Positions 42,744 through 53,454 are shown, counted from the stretch's first letter. The stretch: 64,000 nt of DNA from Aulosira sp. ZfuVER01 (GCA_034530615.2 JAVRCV020000051.1:80803-144802), one strand, 5' to 3'. Numbers and translations are program-made. Notes: a model not told the origin generated them from the letters alone.

Positions 42744-44204
42744 TTAACCAGGTTTTCGCCAGTGTATTGGAGCTTCAACATAATCGGGTAGGCGAGTTGT
42801 GCGATCGCCCACTGCTGCTGTAATTTGTTGTAATTCTAAATTTTTAGCACCTGTCAATATTGCCCCTTCTAATTTGACATCACAGAGGTTTGTCCCGGAG
42901 AAGTTAGCTCCCATCAGATTTGCTCCGTGGAGGTTGGCTTCATAGAGGATGGCTCTAGAAAGATTTGCTCCTATGAGGTTGGCGCGATGCAAATCAGCTT
43001 CCGCTAGGCTGGCTTCTGAGAGGTTGGCAAAAAATATCTCTGTCTGCTGGAGTTTAGCTGCATTCAAGTTTGCCCCTTGCAAGTTGGCTCCATTTAAATT
43101 TGCCCCTTGCAGGTTGGCTCCAATTAGACCTGTAAGCTGTAAGTTGGCTTTACCGAGCTTTGCACCTTGCAAGTTGGCAAGAAATAACTTGGCTCCAGAA
43201 AGGTTGGCAACTTTTAAGGTTGCTTGTTGTAAGTTGGCCTTATAAAGGTTAGCCCCGCGCAAGTTAGCTGCACGCAGACTTGCGCCTGTAAGATTAGCTC
43301 CTCGTAGGTTAGCCCCAGATAAATTGGCGCGATTCAGGTTTGCCCAGGAAAGGTCAGCTCCACTGAGGTTGGCTTTGAGGAGGTTGGCTTCATAAAGAAT
43401 AGACCCAGAGAGTTTAGCGCCACTCAAGTCTGTACCAGCTAAAGCAGCTCCGCGCAAATCTGCACCACAGAGGTCAGCTCCACGTAAATCTATGCCTTCA
43501 AAGTTAGCCCCTAGCAAGTCTGCTCGTTTAATATCTGTATGACGTAAATCTAGTTTCTGATTTACCCGGTCTTCTAAATAATTACGCCTACCAATGACTG
43601 TCAGAGCTACTTGAATATCTGTACGAATTCTTGGTGATTCTGAATGAACATTTGGATCTAACTGCTGTGTACGCAAATCTATAGGTGCTGCATCTTCCTG
43701 TCTTGCCCTACCTTCATAGATAGGAGCGTTCTCACGCACAAAAGCTGTGAGGATTTCCATGATTGTCCAGTGTTCTGTGGGAAATTCCTGGGCGACTCTT
43801 TCTAAAGCATAAATTGCACCTGTGCGGGTTTCGGTTTTATCGTGCCCCAGCTGGGCAATTGCGGTCATAAACCGTTCTGCAATTAGCTTATCTTGAGATA
43901 GTTTGGCATTTTGGATGCTCAGTTCAATATTTTTTTCAGCCGCGATCGCACTTTTATGCAAAGCTTGGGCACGCTTGGCTCCATAGTAAGCATTCACAAT
44001 CAAGGCTAATCCTGAAAAAATTATTGCTGTGGTGGCTAATGCTTGAATTCCATATTGTATTTGTTGGGAAATTGACAACTCCCGAATATTGGAAAACGCA
44101 AAGAAAATCACAGTCAATGAGAGAGCAAATATAACTGTTATAACTATCAACCAATTCAAGAGTACGCCTGTCTTCTTAGCAGACATAGCAGAAATATTCC
44201 TCAC
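42744..44204 (-). CDS. Pentapeptide-repeat protein with N-terminal TMs
   Basis: AERFMTAIAQLG..GAIYALERVA, DIQVALTVIGRR; long ANLxG array. Confidence 0.9.
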   Translation of the reverse strand: MRNISAMSAKKTGVLLNWLIVITVIFALSLTVIFFAFSNIRELSISQQIQYGIQALATTAIIFSGLALIVNAYYGAKRAQALHKSAIAAEKNIELSIQNAKLSQDKLIAERFMTAIAQLGHDKTETRTGAIYALERVAQEFPTEHWTIMEILTAFVRENAPIYEGRARQEDAAPIDLRTQQLDPNVHSESPRIRTDIQVALTVIGRRNYLEDRVNQKLDLRHTDIKRADLLGANFEGIDLRGADLCGADLRGAALAGTDLSGAKLSGSILYEANLLKANLSGADLSWANLNRANLSGANLRGANLTGASLRAANLRGANLYKANLQQATLKVANLSGAKLFLANLQGAKLGKANLQLTGLIGANLQGANLNGANLQGANLNAAKLQQTEIFFANLSEASLAEADLHRANLIGANLSRAILYEANLHGANLMGANFSGTNLCDVKLEGAILTGAKNLELQQITAAVGDRTTRLPDYVEAPIHWRKPG

Positions 44205-44403
44205 TACTCAGGAGTATTACTTATATTCTGAGGCTCAATAGTATAGCATTTAGCTAGGAATTTGTATATGTATCATCAGGATTAATTGATTCTACTATTA
44301 CTTAATGTGTGAGATATTAAGCAATAGATCAATTATGCGATCGTCTACTTTGTAACTATTGAGTAGCCAAAATACTTAGTTTAATTAAGTTTTTAGGGCA
44401 AAT

Positions 44404-45171
44404 TTAGCCATCACCCAGTTGAGTAATTGATATATCTACCTCTCTCAGGTTTGCCCCGTTAAGTATGGCATCCTGGAGAATTGCTCCATTAAGCTTTGCT
44501 CTATATAAGCTTGCCCTCTGTAAGTTAGCACCAGAGAGATTAGCACCAGAAAGATTAGCTGCACTCAAAATTGCCTCTTTGAGGTTAGCACCAGAGAGGT
44601 TAGCCCCCGATAGATTAGCCGCCGTGAGGATTGCTCCATGCAGGTTGGCACTACAAAGGTTTGCTCCCGAAAGATTAGTTTGATAAAGGTTTGTCTGCTC
44701 TAAGTTTGCCCCAGCGAGGTTAGCTCCGCTAATATTTGTGTGGCTCAAATCTAGTTGTTCACTTTCTATATCTTGTTGAGTATTTCTTTTGACAATTACT
44801 GTTAAAGCTGCTTGAATATCTGCACGAATAGTTGATATTTGGTTGTCTTTAACTTCTGTTTGAGGGCGATCGGGAGCATTATTTCGGATAAAATTTGTCA
44901 GAGCTTCCATGATTTTCCCATGTAATTTTGGATCTTCCTGGGCAACTTGGGCTAAATCATCAAATACAGCTAGATTGATTTCTTTGTTTTGGCAATCAAG
45001 CTGTTCCAGTACTAATTGCAATCGTTCAGTAGAGCAAGAATTTGGAATAATTTTTATTTTTTTATCATTGGCAAATATCGCTAGATAGATTTTTTCTAAA
45101 AACACTATATTCATAAGATGCAAATTTTTTGCCGTATGGTAACTACTTATAATTCCTTTCAACATACCCAA
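44404..45171 (-). CDS. Shorter pentapeptide-repeat paralog
   Basis: IMEALTNFIR, DIQAALTVIVKR; ANLSG repeats. Confidence 0.85.
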   Translation of the reverse strand: MGMLKGIISSYHTAKNLHLMNIVFLEKIYLAIFANDKKIKIIPNSCSTERLQLVLEQLDCQNKEINLAVFDDLAQVAQEDPKLHGKIMEALTNFIRNNAPDRPQTEVKDNQISTIRADIQAALTVIVKRNTQQDIESEQLDLSHTNISGANLAGANLEQTNLYQTNLSGANLCSANLHGAILTAANLSGANLSGANLKEAILSAANLSGANLSGANLQRASLYRAKLNGAILQDAILNGANLREVDISITQLGDG

Positions 45172-45392
45172 AATTATTTTTAATAATTTAGATGTTGCCC
45201 ACCAATCAAATCACTAATATATCTGCCAAGTAAGTATACCATTAATCAATGTAAGTACTGTTTATAACTTTGATTTAGCAATAATCAGTAATATATAGTA
45301 GACAGAGAAATAAATCCCATAAAAGAAAATTTTGGCGTCCTGACTGATGCGCTCACAATAGACAAAGCAACAGCATTTACTAAAGTTTCCAG

Positions 45393-47669
45393 ATGCAGCA
45401 AGATAAAGAGCCAATATTGAAAGATTTAGTACTGATTGGTGGTGGTCACAGCCATGCAATTGTGCTGAGAATGTTTGCTATGAAACCTCTGCCTGGTGTG
45501 CGTTTGACCTTGATTACAGAAAATTCAGATACACCTTATTCGGGAATGTTACCAGGACACATTGCTGGTTTTTACAGCCACGAGGAATGCCATATAGACT
45601 TACGACCATTAGCCCAATTTGCCCAAGCACAGTTGTATATCGATCGAGTTGTTAATCTGGATTTAAAAAATAATAAAGTAATTTGTGCTAACCGTCCTAC
45701 TGTAGATTTTGATGTGCTTTCTGTTGATATTGGCAGTACTCCAGCAAAAATATCTGTATCAGAAGCGGCAGAATATGTGATTCCAGCAAAACCAGTGTCA
45801 AAATTACTGAAAAATTGGGATCAATTAGTAAAAACTGTGGAAGAACATCCGCAAGCAGCGATTAGCATTGCGATCGCAGGTGGTGGTGCAGGTGGTGTAG
45901 AATTGGCGCTGTCAATGCAAGCCCATTTACAGCAGATTTTACAGCACTCAGGGGCTTTAGAAATTCATTTGTTCCAGCGCGATCGCCAACTAATGCCAAA
46001 GCATCATCAATCAGTGCGGCAGCAAGTTCAGCAAATTCTCATTAAGCGTGGTATAAAACTGCATCTAGGAGAAACAGTTTCTCAAGTTGCAATTCTTACG
46101 CAGAAAGGAAATCAAGAAGTATTGCAAATTCAATGTGAATCTGGGTTAACAGTAGAGTGCAACAAAATTTTCTGGGTAACACAAGCAGCTGCACCTGAGT
46201 GGTTAAAAAAGACGGAATTGGGAACTGATGAACAGGGCTTTATTTTGGTAAATAAAACATTACAATCCCAAACGCATCCCTATGTATTTGCTGCTGGTGA
46301 TATTGCCACAATGGTTAATTATCGCCTAGCAAAAGCTGGGGTATTTGCTGTGCGTCAAGGTAAGCCTTTATTTGAGAATTTACAGCGATATTTATTAGGT
46401 AAACCCCTTAAACACTACAAACCACAGAAGCAATATCTCAGTTTAATTGGTACAGGAGATGGACAGGCGATCACAACCAAAGGTGCATTCACTTTACCAC
46501 CCCATAAATTATTGTGGCGTTGGAAAGATTGGATTGATAGGCGCTTTATGCAACGCTTCCAAAATCTGCCAGAGATGAAACAGAAATTTCAACTCTCAAC
46601 TCAGCACTCACAACTCAGTACTCAAATACGTTGCGCTGGATGTGGTTCTAAAGTTGCTAGTACAGTTTTAAAACAAGTTCTGTACCGCATTCAGCAAGAA
46701 CAACCTATTGGAGAAGAAAGAAAAGATATCATCATCGGTTTAGATGCACCAGATGATGCAGCAGTAGTGCAGATATCCACCGGACAGTTAATGGTACAGA
46801 CGCTAGATTATTTTTCGGCTTTGATTAACGACCCTTATATTTTTGGACAAATTAGCGCCAATCATTGCTTGAGCGATCTTTTTGCAATGGGAGCTACGCC
46901 TCATAGTACATTAGCGATCGCTTCTATTCCCTATGCTGCACCAGCGAAACTTGCAGAAACTCTTTACCAATTATTATCGGGTGCTGTCAAGGTTTTTAAT
47001 CAAGCAGGCGCGCCTCTAATTGGCGGACACACTAGCGAAGGTGCGGACTTAGCTTTTGGCTTAACTTGCAACGGTGTTGTCGAACCTCACAAGCTGTTGC
47101 GTAAAAGCGGTATGCAACCCGGACAAGTGCTAGTTTTAACCAAAGCGCTGGGAACCGGGACATTATTTGCTGCTGATATGCGCCGCCAAGCTAAAGGCCG
47201 TTGGATTGACGCTGCTGTAGAGTCAATGTTGTTATCAAATCAAGCTGCTGCTATATGTTTATTGGAACATGGGGTAACAGCTTGTACTGATGTGACAGGC
47301 TTTGGTTTATTAGGTCACTTAATGGAAATGGTGCAAGCATCTGGTGTTGTAGTAGAATTGCAACTTGACGCTATACCAGTGTTAACAGGCGCAACCGAAA
47401 CCTTAGCGAAAGAAATTTTTAGTTCACTACATCCAGATAATCTACAAGCATCAAATTACATTCACAATTTGATAGCAGTTGAGTCTCACCCCCATTATCC
47501 CTTGTTATTCGACCCACAAACATCTGGCGGTCTATTAGCTGCTATTCCCCAAGCACAAGCTAATAGTTGTTTAGCTACACTACAAGCTTTGGGATATAAA
47601 CAGTGCAGCATTATTGGGAGTATCAAATTGCAAGTGGTTCCGCAACAACCAATTACTTTAATTAATTAA
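45393..47669 (+). CDS. selD: Selenophosphate synthetase-like protein fused to an N-terminal FAD/NADH oxidoreductase domain
   Basis: IGGGHSH, YSGMLPG, FAAGD in the N-domain; RCAGCGSK, DDAAVV, GGHT, TDVTGFGLLGH, DPQTSGGLL in the SelD domain. Confidence 0.9.
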   Translation: MQQDKEPILKDLVLIGGGHSHAIVLRMFAMKPLPGVRLTLITENSDTPYSGMLPGHIAGFYSHEECHIDLRPLAQFAQAQLYIDRVVNLDLKNNKVICANRPTVDFDVLSVDIGSTPAKISVSEAAEYVIPAKPVSKLLKNWDQLVKTVEEHPQAAISIAIAGGGAGGVELALSMQAHLQQILQHSGALEIHLFQRDRQLMPKHHQSVRQQVQQILIKRGIKLHLGETVSQVAILTQKGNQEVLQIQCESGLTVECNKIFWVTQAAAPEWLKKTELGTDEQGFILVNKTLQSQTHPYVFAAGDIATMVNYRLAKAGVFAVRQGKPLFENLQRYLLGKPLKHYKPQKQYLSLIGTGDGQAITTKGAFTLPPHKLLWRWKDWIDRRFMQRFQNLPEMKQKFQLSTQHSQLSTQIRCAGCGSKVASTVLKQVLYRIQQEQPIGEERKDIIIGLDAPDDAAVVQISTGQLMVQTLDYFSALINDPYIFGQISANHCLSDLFAMGATPHSTLAIASIPYAAPAKLAETLYQLLSGAVKVFNQAGAPLIGGHTSEGADLAFGLTCNGVVEPHKLLRKSGMQPGQVLVLTKALGTGTLFAADMRRQAKGRWIDAAVESMLLSNQAAAICLLEHGVTACTDVTGFGLLGHLMEMVQASGVVVELQLDAIPVLTGATETLAKEIFSSLHPDNLQASNYIHNLIAVESHPHYPLLFDPQTSGGLLAAIPQAQANSCLATLQALGYKQCSIIGSIKLQVVPQQPITLIN

Positions 47670-47833
47670 TACTAATTTGAAAAATGGTTGTGATAGATAG
47701 ATTCACACAAAGCACGATGCCCAATCTCAAATCCAAAATTCACAATGAAATAAATTTGCACAAACAGAAGTTTATAAACTACTCAGCAACTTTACTGAGG
47801 TAGTATATATGGCTATTCATTACAGTATTATTA

Positions 47834-49339
47834 TTGGACACAAAACTTAATTATGCAATTCCTATGATCAGTTTAGGATTTTGGAATCTGATTATCGTAA
47901 TTTTCGTCACTTTTGTTCTCAAAAGTAATTGGCGATTAGATGATGAAAAGACTACCTGGCAAAATTCTCTTTTTTTACAAAACCTTTTTATCCAAAAGTT
48001 AGTAAAATTTTGTCGCCAACCTATTGTTAACTTTATTGTACAAGCAGTTATTGTTTTAGTTGTTACAAGATTACTTATTTATACAGGTTGGCTATTTTAT
48101 TTGCTGAATCAGCCCAATCCACCATTATGGGATTTTAAGTGGTTTTATGTAGCAAGTAAATTATCTCATCAGCATTTAAGTCCTTTTAATCTAGAAGTTT
48201 TTAACGAGGGTTTCTGTACTCTCACCAAAGTATGTAGTTCGATTCCACCATTTGTTTATCCACCTAACATTATTCCTTTAATCTGGTTTCTCGGGTATTT
48301 TCCCATCAATAATGCATTCACCATCTGGACTGTAATGCACGTGGTAGCAATCGGTTTAGTATTGTGGGGAGCGAACATTTTATTAGAGTCGCGATCGCCT
48401 GCTTTAAGGACTGTTTGTACGATCGCAGTTGCCTTGATTTTTGGCTTAATTTTCGATTTGCAAGCTGGTAACGTAGCTACTTTTATTGCAGTGCTTTTGT
48501 TATGGATGTTAATTTTTGCGAGAAAACAACAAGATATTCCCGCAGGAACTTTGTTAGGAATTGCTGTTTTTAAACCAACTTTAGCTATATTATTCATCCC
48601 TTATTTTCTGCTCAAAAGAAGATTTTTACTAGTTTTTACTTGTATTGTGATGGCAACTTTCCTAGCAATTATTGGACTAGCATTGACTGGTAATTCTTTA
48701 GCCGGATTTCTGCAAGATGCTGCTCGTGGGGTTCCTCTCTGGCTGAACGATCCATCCAATAATCCCTATATTTCAATCAGCCGCATCGATTTGACAGTTG
48801 TCGGCCCGAGATTTTTCCCTAAGAACACATTCCTGGCTAAGTTTTTATCTGATTCTATTGTTTTGCTACTGTTTGGTTTAGTAGGGTGGTATTGGTATAA
48901 ACAACAATTGCGCACTGCCTGGTCAAAAAACTTATACTTACCAGAAATTGTGCTGATTTTCTGCTTGAGTATTGCCATGAGCTATTCACAGCCTACTAGT
49001 TCTGTAATGTTAGTACCTGCTGTTGTTTTCTTACTCAATGATTTGTTATTTCAAATCAGATATAAAGCCTTTTCTTGGAAAAGAATCTCTGTTTGGTTAG
49101 TAGGGATTGGCTGTCTGCTAATGCACACAGTATTCATTCATGGTTGGCTAATTAGCTCTCTAGCAAACCATTGGCAATGGAAAGCTGGTCAGTTACCCTA
49201 CATTTTAAAAGTGACTATTTTTGCACTTCCAAGTTATGCCATTTTAGGGATAACTTTGAGTATTTTAGTCTTATCAATGACATATCTGGATCGAGAACAG
49301 TTGCCTGAATTTGATTCTGGAAATCAGGTGTCAGGTTAG
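47834..49339 (+). CDS. GT-C fold membrane glycosyltransferase (GT87/DUF2029-like)
   Basis: WDFKWFY, PFVYPP, QAGN, AVFKP motifs; many TMs. Confidence 0.8.
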   Translation: MDTKLNYAIPMISLGFWNLIIVIFVTFVLKSNWRLDDEKTTWQNSLFLQNLFIQKLVKFCRQPIVNFIVQAVIVLVVTRLLIYTGWLFYLLNQPNPPLWDFKWFYVASKLSHQHLSPFNLEVFNEGFCTLTKVCSSIPPFVYPPNIIPLIWFLGYFPINNAFTIWTVMHVVAIGLVLWGANILLESRSPALRTVCTIAVALIFGLIFDLQAGNVATFIAVLLLWMLIFARKQQDIPAGTLLGIAVFKPTLAILFIPYFLLKRRFLLVFTCIVMATFLAIIGLALTGNSLAGFLQDAARGVPLWLNDPSNNPYISISRIDLTVVGPRFFPKNTFLAKFLSDSIVLLLFGLVGWYWYKQQLRTAWSKNLYLPEIVLIFCLSIAMSYSQPTSSVMLVPAVVFLLNDLLFQIRYKAFSWKRISVWLVGIGCLLMHTVFIHGWLISSLANHWQWKAGQLPYILKVTIFALPSYAILGITLSILVLSMTYLDREQLPEFDSGNQVSG

Positions 49340-49343
49340 CAGA

Positions 49344-49433
49344 CTAGTGCCGCTGCGCGGAATTCAAAAGTCAAAAGACTTTGATTTGAGAAGTCTTTGC
49401 GGATGTTACTCTATTTCTGCCACGCTGTACTAG
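49344..49433. mobile_element. CTAG-ended MITE-like repeat
   Basis: CTAGTGCCGC..CGGAATTCAAAA...GCTGTACTAG; related copy at 62783-62902. Confidence 0.65.
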
Positions 49434-49446
49434 GATTAATTTATTT

Positions 49447-50109
49447 ATGCTCAATTTGAAAACCAGTTTTGCTTTATTATTCGTTATTTGTCTGGTAGCG
49501 ACAGGACTTACAGCATATTTTCTAGGAGGAATAAATCCAGATTTAATTCAGTCGTGGTTGAAAAACTCGGGGATCTGGGCACCTGTAACTTATGTTGTGA
49601 TTTATGTAGTTGCCACAATTTTAGTTTTACCTTCCACAGCGCTAAATTTAACGGGGGGAGCAATTTTTGGCCCTTGGCTGGGGACATTTTGGACAAGTGT
49701 AGCCGCAATTGTGGCGGCGATCGCTTCTTTTATATTTGCCCGAACCATCGGTCATGAAGCCGTTGCTAAAAGACTAGCAGGACGTTGGCAAGCGATTGAT
49801 GCGGAAGTGCAGCAGGGAGGAGTCTTTTATATGTTTGCCATTCGTCTAGTGCCAATCATGCCCTATGGATTGGTAAATTTTGCGGCTGGTTTGACATCAG
49901 TCAGCTTCAAAGATTACCTAATTGGCACAATCTTAGGAACGGTACCGGGGGTATTACCATTTGTTTTATTGGGTAGTTCCGGCTTAAAAGCGATCCGTAC
50001 CGGAGAGGTAATGCCACTGGTTGGTGCTTTAGCATTGCTAGGAATGCTCGTTGCTGGGTCTACCTGGTATCGCCGTCGTCGCAGTTTTCCCTTTCGTCGC
50101 AAACCTTAA
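49447..50109 (+). CDS. TVP38/TMEM64 (DedA superfamily) membrane protein
   Basis: GGAIFGPWLG, IRLVPIMPY..NFAAGL, GTILG. Confidence 0.9.
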   Translation: MLNLKTSFALLFVICLVATGLTAYFLGGINPDLIQSWLKNSGIWAPVTYVVIYVVATILVLPSTALNLTGGAIFGPWLGTFWTSVAAIVAAIASFIFARTIGHEAVAKRLAGRWQAIDAEVQQGGVFYMFAIRLVPIMPYGLVNFAAGLTSVSFKDYLIGTILGTVPGVLPFVLLGSSGLKAIRTGEVMPLVGALALLGMLVAGSTWYRRRRSFPFRRKP

Positions 50110-50116
50110 GTAAATC

Positions 50117-51100
50117 ATGCTACCTAAATATTCTTTTATTGTACCGATCTATAACGAAGAAGAAACCATCGAGGAAATGTATCGCCGCATTTCCACGGTG
50201 ATGAATCGCATGGATGGCCCGGTAGAGTTGTGTTTAGTAAACGATGGCAGCCGCGATCGCTCTTTACAAATGATGCGGGAATTGCATCAAAAAGATCCGC
50301 GTGTAGTTTACTTGAGTTTGGCGCGGAATTTTGGTCATCAAATCGCCGTCACCGCAGGGCTAAATTTTGCCCGGGGACAGGTAGTTGTGATTCTCGATGC
50401 TGATTTACAAGATCCGCCAGAGTTAATTCCAGATATGGTGGAAAAATGGCGACAAGGATATCAAATTGTCTACGCCCAACGCATCCAACGCCGCCAAGAA
50501 GGCTGGTTTAAGCGCTTTACAGCCTATGCTTTTTATCGCATTCTCAAAAGTCTGGCAGATGTGGATATTCCCACAGACACAGGGGATTTTTGCTTATTAG
50601 ATCGTAAAGTTGTCGATGTGCTAAATGCAATGTCAGAGCGCAACCGTTACATTCGCGGATTACGCGCTTGGGTTGGTTTTAATCAAATAGCTATTAAATT
50701 TGAGCGAGATCCGCGGTTTGCGGGTGATGTGAAATATACATTTCGTAAATCTTTTGCGCTGGCAATCAACGGACTAGTTTCTTTTTCTAAAGTACCGCTG
50801 CGGCTTTCAACTTATATGGGATTTTTAGCCGCCATAGTTTCATTATTTATGTGTGTGCTGGTTTTGTACTGGCGACTTTTTGTGCCCCATTCGCCTCTAA
50901 CTGGAATGGCCATTATCATGATGGTCATTTTCTTTTTAGGAGCAGTGCAACTATTTAGTATAGGCATTTTGGGTGAATATATTGGGCGTATTTATGAAGA
51001 AGTCAAACAAAGACCCCTATATACCCTCGCGGAAGTAGCAGGTTTTTATGAAGAATATGAGCATAGCCAAAAACCCATGAGTGTGCTTGAAGAGAAATAG
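50117..51100 (+). CDS. Polyprenol-phosphate glycosyltransferase (GT2, GtrB-like)
   Basis: [48 protein letters not shown]; two C-terminal TMs. Confidence 0.92.
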   Translation: MLPKYSFIVPIYNEEETIEEMYRRISTVMNRMDGPVELCLVNDGSRDRSLQMMRELHQKDPRVVYLSLARNFGHQIAVTAGLNFARGQVVVILDADLQDPPELIPDMVEKWRQGYQIVYAQRIQRRQEGWFKRFTAYAFYRILKSLADVDIPTDTGDFCLLDRKVVDVLNAMSERNRYIRGLRAWVGFNQIAIKFERDPRFAGDVKYTFRKSFALAINGLVSFSKVPLRLSTYMGFLAAIVSLFMCVLVLYWRLFVPHSPLTGMAIIMMVIFFLGAVQLFSIGILGEYIGRIYEEVKQRPLYTLAEVAGFYEEYEHSQKPMSVLEEK

Positions 51101-51221
51101 TCGGGGTGGGGAAAACCCGCCAGTAAGGCATGATATTTGCAAAACTGACATATTACTCTTGGAACCTTTGCCCGCCTGTGGTCAAATATAGATGATTCCA
51201 GAAATAGATTATTTTGTATCC

Positions 51222-52445
51222 ATGAAAAAATCCACGGCGCTGACAACTACATTTATTGCCACTTTGAGTATGCTGCTAACAGCCTGTGGTGGAGCTAGTA
51301 ATAGTACAAATCCAGGTAATACTTCCCAAAATCAGCCTGCAAATACATCTGGTGTAATTCCTATTGGTATTGCATTTGCCCAAACTAGTAACGTAGCTTT
51401 ACTCGGTCAAGAACAAGTAGCTGGAGCTAAAATTGCCGAGAAGTTTTTTAACGATAAAGGTGGTATTAACGGTACTCCAATTAAATTGGTGTTTCAAGAT
51501 ACTAGCGGTGATGAAAATGGCGCAATTAACGCCTTTCAAACTTTAATTAATAAAGATAAAGTTGTCGGTATTGTCGGGCCAACTTTGTCACAGCAAGCTT
51601 TTAGTGCTGACCCTGTTGCTGACCGCGCTAAAGTACCAGTACTGGGCGCATCAAATACTGCTAACAAGATTCCGGAAATTGGTGATTATGTAGCTCGTGT
51701 TTCTGCACCTGTTTCTATTGTTGCGCCTAACTCAGTGAAAGCAGCACTTAAACAGAATCCCAACATCAAAAAAGTTGCTGTTTTCTTTGCTCAAAATGAT
51801 GCATTTAGTAAGTCAGAAACAGAGATTTTCCAGAAAACTGTTAAGGATCAAGGTTTGGAATTGGTAACAGTGCAAAAATTCCAAACCAGTGATACAGATT
51901 TTCAAAGCCAAGCCACAAATGCAATTAACCTCAAACCAGATTTAGTGATTATTTCCGGTTTAGCTGCTGATGGAGGTAATTTGGTCAGACAACTGCGGGA
52001 ACTGGGTTATAAAGGCTTAATTGTTGGTGGTAATGGACTGAATACTTCCAACATTTTGCCAGTATGTAAAGCACTTTGTGATGGTGTACTGATTGCTCAA
52101 GCTTACAGCCCAGAACATCCTGGTGAAATTAACTCAGCATTTCGTAAAGCTTATAATGACCAATTCAAGAAAGAACCACCGCAGTTTACTGCTCAAGCTT
52201 TTGCCGCAGTTCAGGTTTATGTAGAAGCACTCCAAGCTTTAGATAAAAAAAGCAAAGTTAACAAATTAGCACTGCCACAATTGCGGGATGAATTAAACAA
52301 ACAATTACTAGCTGGAAAATACAATACGCCGTTGGGTGAAATTGCATTTACTCCCGTTGGTGAGATTGTCCAAAAAGATTTTTATGTAGCTCAAATCAAA
52401 ATGGACAAAGATGGCAGCCAAGGTAAATTTGCATTTTTAAAATAG
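51222..52445 (+). CDS. livK: HAAT-family amino acid ABC substrate-binding lipoprotein
   Basis: Lipobox LTAC; GGINGTPI; heads a liv-type operon. Confidence 0.85.
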   Translation: MKKSTALTTTFIATLSMLLTACGGASNSTNPGNTSQNQPANTSGVIPIGIAFAQTSNVALLGQEQVAGAKIAEKFFNDKGGINGTPIKLVFQDTSGDENGAINAFQTLINKDKVVGIVGPTLSQQAFSADPVADRAKVPVLGASNTANKIPEIGDYVARVSAPVSIVAPNSVKAALKQNPNIKKVAVFFAQNDAFSKSETEIFQKTVKDQGLELVTVQKFQTSDTDFQSQATNAINLKPDLVIISGLAADGGNLVRQLRELGYKGLIVGGNGLNTSNILPVCKALCDGVLIAQAYSPEHPGEINSAFRKAYNDQFKKEPPQFTAQAFAAVQVYVEALQALDKKSKVNKLALPQLRDELNKQLLAGKYNTPLGEIAFTPVGEIVQKDFYVAQIKMDKDGSQGKFAFLK

Positions 52446-52452
52446 TTGCTAT

Positions 52453-53403
52453 ATGGATATAAATCTGTTTCTGCAACAGTTTTTAAACGGGCTATCTATT
52501 GGCAGCGTTTATGCAATTTTTGCCTTGGGATATACCCTAGTTTATTCCATTTTAGGCATTATTAATTTAGCTCATGGAGCAGTGTTTACTCTGGGTGCAT
52601 ATTTCACTTATGCACTCATGGGTGGAACATTCGGATTTAATGGCTTGCTGGCTAATGCCACACTACCTGTAAAATTACCATTTGCGATCGCCTTAATTTT
52701 GGGTAGTAGCCTAGCTGGATTGGTTGGCGTAGCAATGGAACGCATTGCTTTCCAACCTCTACGCCGTAAAGGATCTGATCCTTTGTTAACGGTGGTTTCC
52801 AGCTTGGGTGTGGCGGTGGTAATTGTTAACCTCATCCAATATTTAGTTGGTGCAGAAAGTTACACTTACCCCGCAGGCGCTTACGGAAATTTACCTGCTT
52901 CGATTAACTTTGGTAGCCCAGAAAACCCAATCCCCATTCGTAGCGTACAGATAGTAATTTTTATTGTCTCTGTCGTGTTTGTCGCAATTCTTACCTATTT
53001 TATCAATGGTACTAAATATGGTAAGGCAATGCAGGCGATCGCAGAAGATCCAACTACCGCCAGTTTGCTAGGAATCAACACCGATGGCTTTATTGTGCTG
53101 ACATTTTTTATCAGCAGTTTCTTAGCAGGATTAGCAGGAACTTTAGTCGCTTCTAGCGTCAGTATTGCTGGGCCATATTTTGGAATCGCCTTTGGTTTGA
53201 GAGGTTTAGCAGTGATTGTTTTAGGTGGTTTGGGTAGTATTCCCGGCGCAGTGCTAGGCGGTTTATTAATCGGATTAGTGGAAGCATTTGTACCTGGTGA
53301 ATACTCTGGCTATAAAGACGCTGTAGCATTTGCAATTTTATTTGTCATGCTATTAGTTAGACCCCAAGGTTTACTAGGAAGGCGGTTTATTCAGAAGGTT
53401 TAA
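52453..53403 (+). CDS. livH: Amino acid ABC permease (LivH)
   Basis: NGLSIGSVYAIFALGYTL, INLAHG, VLGGLGS, RPQGLLG. Confidence 0.9.
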   Translation: MDINLFLQQFLNGLSIGSVYAIFALGYTLVYSILGIINLAHGAVFTLGAYFTYALMGGTFGFNGLLANATLPVKLPFAIALILGSSLAGLVGVAMERIAFQPLRRKGSDPLLTVVSSLGVAVVIVNLIQYLVGAESYTYPAGAYGNLPASINFGSPENPIPIRSVQIVIFIVSVVFVAILTYFINGTKYGKAMQAIAEDPTTASLLGINTDGFIVLTFFISSFLAGLAGTLVASSVSIAGPYFGIAFGLRGLAVIVLGGLGSIPGAVLGGLLIGLVEAFVPGEYSGYKDAVAFAILFVMLLVRPQGLLGRRFIQKV

Positions 53404-53454
53404 GGGCTATATGAAGCCCTCACTCATTAACTTTATTTTTGCCGACTACCTAAA

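Noticed and set aside
40683..45171. Diversity-generating retroelement acting on the pentapeptide genes
   Set aside because: No reverse transcriptase, and no TR/VR pair with adenine-specific differences was seen.
45393..47669. Selenocysteine recoding in selD
   Set aside because: The ORF is uninterrupted, with Cys codons at the active-site motif and no in-frame TGA.
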